In this document: piece by piece, positions 11,663-24,188 of the stretch
Layout of the letters: every line of letters begins with the position of its first letter
Position numbering within the stretch: position 1 is the first letter of the stretch
Assembly: GCF_026210795.1 (NCBI RefSeq)
Contig: NC_089434.1
Coordinates: forward strand, 5,642,001-5,706,000
Reading direction: 5' to 3'
From: Rhizophagus irregularis
Taxonomy: Eukaryota
DNA: 64,000 nt
Position numbers and translations under genes: made by a program
The notes under the pieces: model-generated
Seen by the model: only the letters and a program-made list of their open reading frames with translations
Told to the model about the DNA's origin: nothing
Databases searched by the model: none

Positions 11663-14600
11663 ATGAGTTTCAAATGCCCCCTTTGTATGCGAATATTCAG
11701 TCAACGCTTTGCATATACTCAACACGCCCAAAAATGCTTAAAAAATGTAGAAGTAGAAGTAGAAGATGATGATGATAATAATGATAGTGAAAAATATAGC
11801 AGTGAAATGGATACAAGAAGTAATCTAAGTAGTGAATATGAAAATGATAAAGTTGAGGTAATTATGTTATTCCAGATTATTCTTTTTAAAGAAAAAGCTC
11901 AATAATTATGTTATTCCAGATTATTCTTTTTAAAGAAAAAGCTCAAATTATACTAACTCATTTTGGTTTATAATTTTAGGTGGATGATGATAATAATGTA
12001 CAAAATATGTCATTTGACAGTATTGGAAGTGCAATATCAGAGATGAGCCTTGAAGATAGTAACTTTGAAAATATATTAGATTCATCTGAAGAGCCTGAAA
12101 TTTTTGAAGAACCCAAAAATCTCAATACCAAAACTTGCACAGAATTTCCTAATGATGCTTATAAAGATCTAATGTTATTAGTAACGAAATATAAAATAAA
12201 CAATAAAGGTGGTAATGAAATAATACGTTTTTTTAATAAACATTCAAATCTTACAGAATCACCATTACCAAAAAATATTGAACAGGGACGAGCATTTATG
12301 AATAATATGCAGTTTTCTAATTTAGAATTTAGTAAAGTTCTTATAACAAAACATAAGGATAAAGATTATTTTCTTTATTATCAAAACTTAATACAGTGCA
12401 TCAAAAATATCTTAACTGTTCCTGACATAACACAAAATTTTGCGCTATCTTACGAAAACTATGAGGTAAATAGTAAATATTAGTTAATTCAATAATTTAA
12501 ATAATATTTATTTTAATTTATTTATATTATTTTATAGTATAATAGAGAAAGTATTTACAGTGAACAAAACACTGGAAAATGGTGGAAAACTACGCAAGAA
12601 TCCTTACCTACTGGTTCCAAATTATTATCAATTATTTTATATTCTGATGCAACAACTACAGATACATTAGGAAAAAGTCAATTGCATCCAATATATATTT
12701 TTCATTAGGCAATATCCCAATATGGCGTCATAATAAACAGGATGCAAAGCAACTTTTGGGATATTTACCAATTTTAGAAGCTGCAAATAAAGATCTGGTT
12801 CGTGATACCTTTCATAAATCTTTACGTCATTTACTAGAACCAATTATTTTATTAAAAGATGGTATAGACCTTTTTATAAATAATGAAAATACCTGGTTTT
12901 ATCCTAGAGTTTCAACTATTATTGCAGATTGGCCAGAAGCTGCAAGTTTTTGTTTAGTTTATAAATCCTCCAATTCAAGCCTTCCATGTCACTCCTGTTT
13001 AATTAAAAGGGACAATCTTGCAAATATAAACTTATCGGTTAATGATGTAATACTAAGAACTCATGATGAAATGCGTAAATATTTTGAAAATGATACACAA
13101 AAATCTGTTTGCATAGAATCTGTACCTAATTTTTTTTGGGATTTGCTGTAAGTATGCAAAAGTAGAAATAATTATAATAACATATATATATATTAATTAT
13201 AAATATTTATATTATCAAGGAATATAAATATCTACTTGGCTACTGTTCCTGACAGAATGCATCATTTAGATTTGGGTTTATTTCGTTATCAAATTATCTT
13301 CACGTGCGATATCTTAAAATTGCAACATGTTAATGGTAATAAATTAGTTGAAGAAGTAGATCGCCGTCTAGCAGCAATTCCACGTTTTCCCGCCATTAAA
13401 ATTTTTTCCAATGGACTGCAGTCAATTGCAAGATTAACTGCTAATGAATATCGAAGTTTGATGAAAGTCATGATATTTGTTATTGATAATTTATATGATG
13501 AAAATAATAACGAAGTAGATAATTTTGTAAATAATGATGATCTTGTGAAATTGTACGAATATTGGAATGAAATGTATATTTTAAGTAGATATGAAGAATT
13601 TAGTGAAAGTGACTTGGAGAAATTTAATGTATGTATTAAAATTTTAGTAAAATCAAAAATTTAAATTAAATAAATTAAATTAACATTTAAATTTTAGGAT
13701 GCAATACATAGATGGGCGCGGATGTTTGTCAAGGCTTTTAAATTTGTTTCTCCTTTCAATTTGAAGTTGCCTAAATTGCATTCATGGGTTTATCACATTA
13801 TTGACTCAATACGATCTTATGGCGCAATAAATGGCTATACCACAGAAACTTACGAAAGTCTCCACAAATATTTCGTTAAAATACCTACCGAATTAGCAAT
13901 AAAAAAGATGTCGAACCTTAGCTTTTACGAACTGTAAGTATTTGGAAATTTATTTATTGTATATATTTATTATATAACTTAAGATGGAAATTAAATTAAT
14001 AGATAAAATGTCAAGCAATATCTATTAGAATGTCTCAACATTCAGTGAATCCGGCAAAAACACCTCGCACTTGTAAATTTTCTGCAAGACTCTTTGATTT
14101 CTCTTTACAAGATGCAAATACATTTTTTAATGAAAAAAAAGATTCCGTAGACAATAAAATGCAGACCGGTTTTGCTAGATTTATAAGTTGTCTGGATTCA
14201 TATCTAGATTTACTTGATGGGTTCACAATTATTGGTGAAACCTGAATAAACATATACGGATCGGTAACACTGGAAAATGGTGCCATAATGCGTGCCACAA
14301 ACAGGTATCATAATAAAGTATGGTTTAGCGATATAGCTATTTCAATGGATTCTGAAGAATCAAATGATTATATATCAGACAAAGGACTTTGTTATGGACA
14401 GGTATTTTTCCAATTTATGTAATAATTTATTATAAAGTATTAATAAATATTTATTATTTATAGGCCTTATTGTTAGCAGAAGTATTAACAGACCCACCGC
14501 TAAATCTCGCATTAATTCAATGGTACGATTTTAAATCTAAAAGGAACCTATATTTATATGGATGTCCCCACTTAAAATTGATAGAATTATATAACTTTGT

Positions 14601-14688
14601 AGCTATAGAGTCTATACATGGTGTCGTTCACATAGTACCCCGATTTGATAAACAAAATGAATATTTCGTAAATAAATATATTTTTTAG
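11663..14688 (+). pseudogene. Plavaka transposase with N-terminal C2H2 finger, about seven exons, disrupted
   Basis: CPLC..F......HAQKC, IILYSDATT, IIADWPEA, PDRMHHLDLGLF, KLHSWVYHI and TTETYESLHK motifs. Frameshifts near 12700 and 13885 and a TGA at 14243. Confidence 0.88.
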
Positions 14689-14785
14689 TCACTTGATATA
14701 GGAGTTTTGATTTATTTTAATAAAATTATATCCTTAAAGAATTTATGGTCACGTTTCCCATATCATAAATAAAATGCAGATTTAT

Positions 14786-14995
14786 TTATTTAATTATTAA
14801 CAACACGGGTGTGACATAAATAAATCGTGACTGAAATTTGTGTTCAATTTGTGTTCAATTTGTGTTGATAATTCTGGTAAAAAATTATTAATTTTGGCCA
14901 AATTTCGTTAAATTTGTTAAATTTGTGTTGAGTTTGTGTTGAATTTGTGTTGCGTAATTTTTTATTTATCACAAGGGGATGATATTTAGTAATTG
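14786..14995 (-). repeat. Internal inverted repeat, right arm
   Basis: Reverse complement of 8874-9070. Confidence 0.9.
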
Positions 14996-15528
14996 CATGT
15001 ACGACGTACAAGATTTTTTTTATGATTTTTTTAAGAAATGTACGCAAAATATTTAATCAGAATATAATTGTTTTATTTTTAAATATGATATATTGATGAT
15101 TTTTTTTTTAAAAAAAAAAATTGATTTTTTTAAAATTCAATAGAATATGCTAATAATAAATTGGTTTATTTTTAAATATAATATATTGATATTTATATTT
15201 AAATAACCAAAACATGTACATGATTTTTAATTATTTTTAATTGAAATCAAACTAAGATTTTTTTTTTAAAAAAATTAAAATAAATTAAGTGATTTATATT
15301 TATATTTAGAATCATGATATTTATATTTAGATAATCCATATCCGCATGAGATTTAATTAATATGTTTAATGATGAAAAGTCTAATAAATTAAATTTTAAT
15401 TGAAACGAGAAATAAAATCAAACCAAAGAGGTATTGTTCAAATTTTATTTAAAGTGACATTTTACGACTTTCTTTCAAATTTTTACTCATCCCAAAATCA
15501 AATTATAAAAATCAAATCTAATCTAATA

Positions 15529-16153
15529 ATGCCTCGCCACACACGTCGTCGTTCCCACTATAACATCCATTGGAACTGGGCTATAATAGACGAACTTGTT
15601 GACATACGCCGAGACAGAAACCGCGCCTACCACAATATTAATGGTAGAAGCCGCCAAGATTTTTGGGACTCTATTGCCAATAGGTTCATATGACTAATAT
15701 CTATAATTTCTTTAAGAAAGAATTTAAATTCAAATTAACCAATCCATTTAATTGAATCAGAATAAATAGAATATTTCGAACGAGGGTTTCCGGGCAACAG
15801 TGCAGCCAAAAGTGGAGGAACCTCGTCAGGGATTACTATGTAAGTAAATAAATAAAATTACATTCATATAAATTAAATGTATTTACCGAATATTCAAACT
15901 GATTTTGATATTTAGAACTATGTCCTTTATCGTAATGGTAACCCTGGGCGGCGGCTGTGGACGCGTACCGGTACAAGATATTATTGCGAATTTAGAACGA
16001 GATTTTGGGAGAGGCCGGGTAATTATACTATAATAAAATTTATAATTAATATTTACGTTCATGTTTTAAATTTGATAAATTTGATCAATTTTAGTCACGC
16101 GTGATGATCGTAGGGCAAGAAGAAACTTACCTACGTATCGTAGAAGAAGATAA
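15529..16153 (+). CDS. Small Arg-rich Myb/SANT-like (trihelix/MADF-type) DNA-binding protein, four exons, ~131 aa, intact
   Basis: Exons 15529-15683, 15761-15839, 15916-16018 and 16095-16153 splice in frame: WNWAIIDELVDIRR...FWDSIANRIN...SGQQCSQKWRNLVRDY...FWERP. Confidence 0.85.
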
Positions 16154-16524
16154 TTATTTTTATTTTTTTATTATTTATTAAGTGAGTAGCTAGGCCCAGT
16201 CCGTACCAAATATCGGCTGGAGACTCACGTTTTTTTTGGACTGTGACTGATACTGACGTTCACGCTGTACAGCCTGGGTACTATTTTATAAAATAGTAGC
16301 GAACAAGTATCAAATGTGTATTTTTTTTATTAAGTTATAATAAAAATTAGAATTTACTTTAATTTTTAACATAAAAATTGTAAATAATAAAAAATTCGTA
16401 AATAAAAATAAATTTGCTTTCCCAAACTTAAAAAAAAAGGTGTTTATATAAAAGAAAAGGTGTTTATATTATTTTTGATTATTCAATAGTATCACATGCC
16501 CCTTGTATACGTTCTACTGCATAT

Positions 16525-17070
16525 GCAGTTTACAATCTCGTAAATTTTCGAAATATTTCAACCGTAATATTACGCAGGTTTACAGTTTCGTAAATTTTCG
16601 AAATATTTTAACCGTAATATTACGCAGGTTTACAGTTTCGTAAATTTTTGAAATATTTCAACCATAATATTACATAAGTTTACAGTTTCGTAAATTTTCG
16701 AAATATTTTAACCGTAATATTACGCAGGTTTACAGTTTCGTAAATTTTCGAAATATATTAACCGTAATATTACGCAGGTTTACAGTTTCATAAATTTTCG
16801 AAATATTTCAACCGTAATATTACGCAGGTTTACAGTTTCATAAATTTTCGAAATATTTCAACCGTAATATTACGCAGATTTACAGTTTCGTAAATTTGCA
16901 GAATATTTTGACCGTAATATTGCGTAAATCTTATGATATTGAAAACTTACGTAATATTTTAACCGTAATATCACATAAATCTTACGAAATTGTAAACTTA
17001 CGTAATATTTTGAAATTTTTTGAAATATTATGCCATAAACTTTCGTAAACTTACAAAATCGTAAACTTAC
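16525..17070. repeat. 50-bp tandem subterminal array of the Plavaka element
   Basis: About eight near-identical copies of ACCGTAATATTACGCAGGTTTACAGTTTCGTAAATTTTCGAAATATTTCA, then degenerate copies. Confidence 0.95.
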
Positions 17071-17594
17071 GCAATTTTTCGCGCTATAAAATTTCCTGAT
17101 GTAATTCGCATAAAACCTTAGATTGGAATTGGAGTTGCCAAGTATTCTCTAATTTTACTTTCAATATCTTCAGGTTTATATCGAATTTCTTTTCATACAT
17201 TATTACATTCTGCACATAAACTAACATTTGGGTATGTAGAGGATCCCAGACATCACATATATAACTCATAACTGATCTGTATGAATTTAGCACTTTTTGC
17301 TCCTGCTAAAATAGACCTAATTTGCTAAAAATCAAATTATTACATTTTAAATCTATACTAATTTGCTAAAACTCAAAATATGAGTGTAACTTTTTAGCAA
17401 ATTGGCTTAAATTTCAAAAAAAATCACGTTTTTTGTGATTATCTCAACATCCAGTAGTCCAATTTATGCGAACTTTTTTTTGTTTTGTAGCCCTCATCGA
17501 GCTCTACAAATTAAAAAAAATTCGCATAAATTGGATCACTGGATGCCGAGATAATCGCAAAAAACTGAAAATAAAAAAAATATTGTGAAACTAA

Positions 17595-20500
17595 CATCGG
17601 GAAATTTTTTGGGGAGCAGATCTGCGCAGATTTTCAGAAATTATATCTGCGCAGATCTTATACCCTGGCGCAAAACATTAAAGGAAAAATCCAATAAAAA
17701 ACTGCGCAGATTTTAAAAATAACAAAGTTCTGCGCAGATTTTTAAATAAAAAACCTTCGAAATACCTCAGCAATTTTTTTCGGTAAAAATCTGCATCACA
17801 ATAATACAAATTAATTTATTGCATTAATTACTAATTTATTTATATAATCAAAATTACTTTTTTATTATTATTATATATTAACAAGTTTACAAATACAATT
17901 GAAATCTATTACTAGTCATTGCTATTTATCATCTCTTTACTGCACATTTACATGTTGTTAATGGTTTGGATATTGTTCCAGTTGGTTCGATTCCAACAAA
18001 CAATAAAATAAAATAGAAAATCAGAGATGTTTGTTAGAAATAAGAAAATCATTTCAAAGTTATTACTTTCGAAATGTTTGACACAAAATCTCAGGATCTA
18101 AAAAATAAAGTAAAATGAACGTTAGTAGAACGTTCGTTAAAGAAGAATAAAAAAAAAAAATTATAAAGAATTTTGAAGATATACCTTCAAATTCTTTCGT
18201 CCAGGAGCCAGAGAAAAAAACCCAACAGAAAAAAACAACTGAAATGTTAGTAAACGTTTTGCAAATTAAAAAACATGAAAGAATTTTGAAGGAATTTTAC
18301 CTTCGAAATTCCATCCAGAAGCCGTAAACCTGCAAAAAGTAAAAAAAAAAGACAAACGAAACGTTAGTAAATGTTTCGTTAAACATTAAAAAAAATTAAT
18401 TTTGAAGGTAAATACCTTCGAAATCCTGAAAAAATCTCCAAGTCTGGTTCGTTTAAAGAAGCCCAGCGTCCCTATATAAAGAAGAAAGAATGTTAGAAAC
18501 GTTCTTTGAAAAAAAAAAATTTTAAAGTTTCACAACAAGAGTTGCGAAACTTACCATTTACCCATTTTGGGAACCTTGGAGTACCGAAACTTACAACAAA
18601 AAAGAAAAACGAAACGTTAGCTAACGTTTCGTTTAAATAAAAACAAAAAAAAACAGAATTTCGAAGGTTACCTTAGAAATTCTGTTCAGGAGCGTCCAGA
18701 GAGCCGTGTTCCTACAAAATACAAAAACGAACGTTAGAAAATGCTTTGTTAAGTATAATTATTAAAAAAAATTTTTTTCGAAGATTTCACCTTTGATATG
18801 GGAGACCGAACTCATTTTCGGTTTCCTTTACCTAAAAAAATAAAATACGAACGTTAGTTAACGTTTGTTTAAATAAAAAATAAAAAAAAATTTCGAAGGT
18901 TTTACCTTCGATATGGGAGCCTGGAATTCGTTTTTGGATTCCCTTGCCTAAAAAAAAGGAAATACGAACGTTAGTTACGTTCGTTAATAAATTAAATAAA
19001 AAAAAATTTTTTTTACGAAGATTTTACCTTCGTATGGGAAAACCTTCGTATGGGAGTCCAAGTTTTCAGCTTCCTTTATTTAAAAAAAAGGAAATACGAA
19101 TGTTAGTTACGTTCGTCAATAAATAAAAAAGAAAAAAAATTTTCAAAGGTTTTACCTTCGATATGGGAGTCCGGAACTCGTTTTTGGATTCCCTTGTCTA
19201 AAAAAAAAGAAACACGAACGTTAGTTAACGTTCGTTAATAAAAATATTAAAAAAATAAAATTTTCGAAGGGTTTTACCTTCAATATAGGAGTCCGGAACT
19301 CAGTTTCGGATTTCCTTGCCTAAAAAAAAAAGACAAAACATTTGTTAACATTTTGCTAAATAAAAATATTAAAAAAATTAATTTTTTTGAAGGGTCTTAC
19401 CTTCGATATGGGAGTCCAGAACTTGTTTCGGATTCCTTTGCCTAAAAAAAAAGAGACGAACATTAGAAACGTTTCATCAATAAATTAATTAAAAAAAAAT
19501 CAATTTTCGAAGGTTTGTTTTACCTTCGATATGGAAGTCCAAAACTTGTTTCGGCTTCCTTTACCTGAAAAAAAAGAAACGAAATGTTATAAACAGAACG
19601 TTTCGTTAATAAATTAATTAAAAGAAATAATTTGAAAGTTTTACCTTCAAACAGAACTTTCAAATGGATCCGAAACATACCTTCAGCATTCTGGACCTAT
19701 AAAATACAAAAACGAACGTAACTAACGCTCGTTAAAGTTAAATTATAAAAAAAAAAATATTTTGAAGATTTTTACCTTCGAAATAAACGTCCAGAGCTAT
19801 TCTTCGGCGTCCAGGACTTATAAATATAAAAATGAACATTAATTAACATTTGTTAAATAAAAATATAAAAAAAAATTCGAAGGTAAAACCTTTACCTTCG
19901 AAATAAGAGTCCAGAGCTGTTCTTCAACGCCCAGGACCTAAAAACATGAAAAACGAACATTAATTAACGTTCGTTAAAATAAAATTAAAAAATATTTCGA
20001 TGGTAAACTTTACCTTCAAAATAAACGTTCGGAGTCATTCTTTAGCGTCCAGGACCTATAAAATGTAAAAACAAACGTTAATTAACGTTCGTTAAAATAA
20101 AATTTAAAAAAATATTTCAAAGGTAAACTTTACCTTCGAAATAAACATCTGGAGCCGTTCTTCGGTGCCCAGGACCTAAAAACATGAAAAACGAACGTTA
20201 ATTAACGTTTGTTAAAATAAAATTGAAAAAAATATTTCGAAGGTAAACTTTACCTTTGAAATAAACGTCCAGAGCCGTTCTTTGGCGTCCAGGACCTATA
20301 AAATGTAAAAACGAACGTTAGTGACGTTCGTTAAACAAAAATATAAAAAAAATTTCGAAGGTAAAGGTTTTACCTTCGAAATAAGAGTCCGGAGCCATTC
20401 TTTGGCGTCCAGGACAAGAAAATAATAAATCGAACGTTGGACAACGTCCGGTATATAAAAAATATTAGTTTCGAAGTTTTACCTTCGAAATAGAGTCTGG

Positions 20501-21129
20501 AACTGGTACTTTCAGCGCTCTGGACTTACAAAAAAAAAAATAAAACGAACTTTAGCTAATGTTTCGTTAAATTTTTTTTTTTAAAAAAAAAATTTCTCTG
20601 ATAAGTTTCAAAGCTTAAAAAACTATAATAGAAATATTTTTTCTTTGGAATCTTTAACAGATTATTTCCTAAAAGGTGTTGTAGAAAAAATTATTTCACT
20701 TCTTTAGTAATAAGTGTTGTAGAAAAAATTATTTTTTTAAAGTCTTGTAAAGTTTTTTTTTTTAAAGAGTATTGTAAAAAAAATTAAATCAAGTTAGAGT
20801 TAATCAAAGTTTAAATATTAAATCAATGATGAAATTGCAGATCGAACTGATATTTTAATGAAAAAAAAGCAAAAATCTGCAAAATTGCAGATTTCTGCAT
20901 AAATTTCACATAAAAAAAAGCAGAAATCTGCAAAATCGCAGATTACTGCAGAAATTCATACATAAAAAATCGGAAACTTGCAAAATTGCAGATTATTGCA
21001 TAACTTTGTAAAAAATAAAAAGCAGAAATCTGCAAAATCGCAGACTTCTGCATAAATTCACAAAAAAAATGCGGAGATCTGCTAATTTTACAGATCTCTG
21101 CAGTTCTGCATCTTAAAAATTTTCTGATG
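17595..21129. mobile_element. Non-autonomous CATC-ended CMC element carrying the micro-exon array
   Basis: Ends CATCGGGAAATTTTT / AAAAATTTTCTGATG, AA on both sides, subterminal GCAGA/TCTGC repeats. The termini resemble those of the Plavaka element. Confidence 0.8.
17990..20570 (-). repeat. About 21 tandem ~120-bp units, each a micro-exon plus an intron-like segment
   Basis: On the minus strand: GAAG|GTAAAA...AACGAACGTTAACTAACGTTCG...TTTTAG followed by a 29-56 nt (mostly 41-43 nt) GC-richer exon-like block. Confidence 0.85.
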
Positions 21130-21483
21130 AATCAGATGGTTTTTAGCCTGCATTATGCTTAATTTTGGCCAAAATATAACCCGGAACCCGAAACTAATAT
21201 TTTTAAAAATATTATCAATAAAAGTTAAAAAAAAAAGGATAAGTTAAATTCAAAAAAAAGTACCAATTTGTTCAAATATAAAATATGACTTTGTAAAATC
21301 AACACAATTTGCTAAAACTCATAATTATGACTATTAATTAATTTTCAATCAATTTAATCAATTTGCTCTATCTAAAATTATGAGTTTAACCTAATTTTGA
21401 TTGAATTTGCTAAAACTCAAATGTGAGTTATATATTTGATGTCTGGGGTCCTGTATGTAGGGTTTCTTGTATTTACCATACGA

Positions 21484-22092
21484 TGTAATAACCAGAAATA
21501 TAATAGATAAATGACGCAGTAGATCCTGTGGCGCAGTAAGTCACATGATATGGTTACACAAGAAGAAATAGTTGGGAATACAAAGTCACGTGACAAGTCA
21601 CATGGCGCAGTAAGTGATGGATAAATATTTAGCCGATGGATAAATAATTAGCCAATAAAATTATATTTATAGTTTAGTTTAGTATAACGAGATAGTCATA
21701 TGATAATAGATCTTCAAATTTTATTAGAAATATTAGAAATATTAGAAATATTTTTCTTAAAAATGTATAAATACAAGTGAATTTCGATAGGAAATTCGGC
21801 AGTTCAATTTTTGGAAAAATAAAATTTTTAGTTCGCCTTTAATAAAAACTAACACATTCTTTTTGCCTTTTTCTTATGAGTAAAAAGTGCCACATTAATT
21901 ATTTTATTTTAATTAATGGTTTATCAAAAATATAAAGAAACTATCGTAATTTAAAATTTCGGTAAGAAATAATGTTTTGTAATTTTTGTAACTAATTTTT
22001 ATTTTAAACCAAGCATAGATGTTATACGAACTCAACACGTCGGTGGCAACATACGATATTTTATTTTAATATCCTATGGGCGGTGTGTCACA
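21484..22092 (+). repeat. 5' LTR
   Basis: TGTAATAACC...GTGTCACA, a direct repeat of 34490-35098. Followed by TTTTTGGTGCATGCTCGCG, a putative PBS (priming tRNA not identified). Confidence 0.97.
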
Positions 22093-22202
22093 TTTTTGGT
22101 GCATGCTCGCGAGAAAATAAAAGATTGTTGTCTTCATACAAGATCTAAATGAGAAATAAAAGAAAAGTATATGAGAAAATGAAAGAAAAATTTGTGAAAT
22201 TA

Positions 22203-22365
22203 ATAAGAAAGGAAGGATGATATGAGAAATCATCAAAGAAATATAAGAAAGGAAGGATGATATGGGAAATCATCAAAGAAATATAAGAAAGGAAGGATGA
22301 TATGAGAAATCATCAAAGAAATATAGGAAAGGAAGGATGATATGAGAAATCATCAAAGAAATGAT
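22203..22365 (+). repeat. 40-bp tandem repeat (x4) in the retroelement leader
   Basis: AAGAAAGGAAGGATGATATGAGAAATCATCAAAGAAATAT repeated. Confidence 0.9.
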
Positions 22366-22771
22366 AAGATAAGGAAGACTTATCTGAAATATGAGAAAAT
22401 GTTACTATATATGAAAAAGGATATAGTAAAAGAAAATATATAAGAAAAATTAAAATATTATTGAATGATATACGAGAAATAAGAGAAAGTAATATTATGA
22501 AAAAGGAATATTACAGAATATATGAGAAATGAAAATATATGATATATTGAAAAAGTATATATCGAAAAGATGAATGAAATATTCAAGATAATAATGAAAA
22601 GATTTAAAAATTGAATGAAAATAAAAATTTATAATGAGAATGAATTTTGTGAATAATAAAAGTTAATAAATGATTGAAAAATTTGAAAAATATTATAAGA
22701 AAAGAAAAGTTATTAGTGACAAACCCGTAAACTACTATACTTCTATGAAGAAGGTAAAGGCAAGCCCGGTA

Positions 22772-23388
22772 AACAGGGCGGACATCCTTATATCACCTTG
22801 CCGATCATTTGCCGATCTTATAGTAAATTGGGTGATATCAGACTTTAAAGCTTCGGCCAAAGTCACAGAAGTTTGGCCGAAACTTGAAACTTTTATGGGT
22901 CATAGTTTAACTGATTTAAAATCAATGGCCGAAGTAATCATTCCTAATTTTAGGTAATCAAGAAGTTATGGCTAAATTTATACTTGCAATTATATTTGTT
23001 ATAATCTATATAATAAATAGAAATTTTCAAAATGCAATTTCTCAATCAATTTAGTGTAAAAATTTTATGAAATTACTATCAAAATGTTTGTCTTGACGAG
23101 ATGAATCTAAAAAACTAACAAAAATTAAATTTTAATCACTGGTTGTCACAATATCATTAAAATAATTTAATTTTCTAATTATTATTAAAATTCAGCCCAT
23201 TTTTGGGTTTTAGTTAATTTTTGGATTTGAAAACATTAATTTTCGGACTTTGGATGAATTTTGATAACAAATAAAATTTATATAGTTAAATTTGCAAAAA
23301 AATGGTATTTTTTATGTGATAATATTAAAATAGATGATCGGCAAAATGATCAGCAATAATGTGATAATATGAGGATGTCCGCCCTGTT
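22772..23388. mobile_element. 617-bp MULE-like MITE inserted in the Gypsy leader
   Basis: TIR AACAGGGCGGACATCC / GGATGTCCGCCCTGTT with a 9-bp TSD AGCCCGGTA. Confidence 0.92.
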
Positions 23389-24188
23389 AGCCCGGTATAG
23401 GTTACTAAACGAAAGAGAAAATTAAAGGATATTGTAAATATGAGAAATATTGAAATGTTATTATTTAATATATGGGAAATAATTTTATTACAATAAAAGA
23501 ATGATATGAAAGATTGTAAAAGATAATAATGAATTATATGAAATAAAATGATGTAATAATGATGTAGTAAAAGAAATATATAGCTGCCCCTTGGGCAGGG
23601 GCGACTGATTAATAAAAATATAAATGAATAAGAAAATAATAAAAGAAATAGTTGTGTCACCAGGGGCGTTATGTCAACAGAAATTTTAGTATGTTGATCG
23701 CTTAAAAATCCGTGGCTATCCAATTATAATAAAAAAATATTAATGAATTATAAAATGAAATGCGAGAAATGAAATAATATGAAATAGATTTGAAATAAAT
23801 ATTTTGGAAGTTAATATAAGAAAAAGATTAAAAATTACTAAAAGTTTAATGTTGTGTATAGAACTGGGAAGACCCAGTATAAATAAGCCTTTGTTAGTGA
23901 TCATATTAGTCTGACACTGGGCGGCCCCAGTTATAAACAATCCCTAGCTTTGATCACAGTTTATTTGCGCAAGATATGGAAATTTTATAAATAAAATCAC
24001 GATTATAGATTATAGATTATATTATAGAATGTATAGAGAAATTATAGAATCAAAGCTGGAACTTTGAAAATATTAGAATTTAAATTGTACTTTAAAGAAG
24101 TAAAAGATAAAATAGTAATTTAAATGATGTTAAGTTAATGATAAAATATAAATAAAAGTGAAATTATGAAATATTTAAATAAATAAAA

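Larger units (their letters stand above)
7487..17101 (+). mobile_element. Plavaka-type (CMC group) DNA transposon, ~9.6 kb, three genes
   Basis: Imperfect TIR CATTAGGAAATTATATAGTGCGAAAAGTTGC versus CATCAGGAAATTTTATAGCGCGAAAAATTGC (reverse complement of the right end). Subterminal repeat arrays at both ends and an internal Plavaka transposase. No TSD match. Confidence 0.8.
17240..21452. mobile_element. Non-autonomous TIR element with 8-bp TSD; hosts the 17595-21129 insertion
   Basis: TIR AGGATCCCAGACATCACATATATAACTCA / TGAGTTATATATTTGATGTCTGGGGTCCT. TSD GTATGTAG at 17232-17239 and 21453-21460. Confidence 0.85.

Noticed and set aside
16525..17070. CRISPR-like array
   Set aside because: Head-to-tail 50-bp repeats without unique spacers, next to a TIR, in eukaryotic DNA with no cas genes. 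These are subterminal repeats.
17990..20570. CRISPR array (repeat plus variable spacer look)
   Set aside because: The variable parts are homologous to each other, the constant parts carry splice signals, and there are no cas genes.
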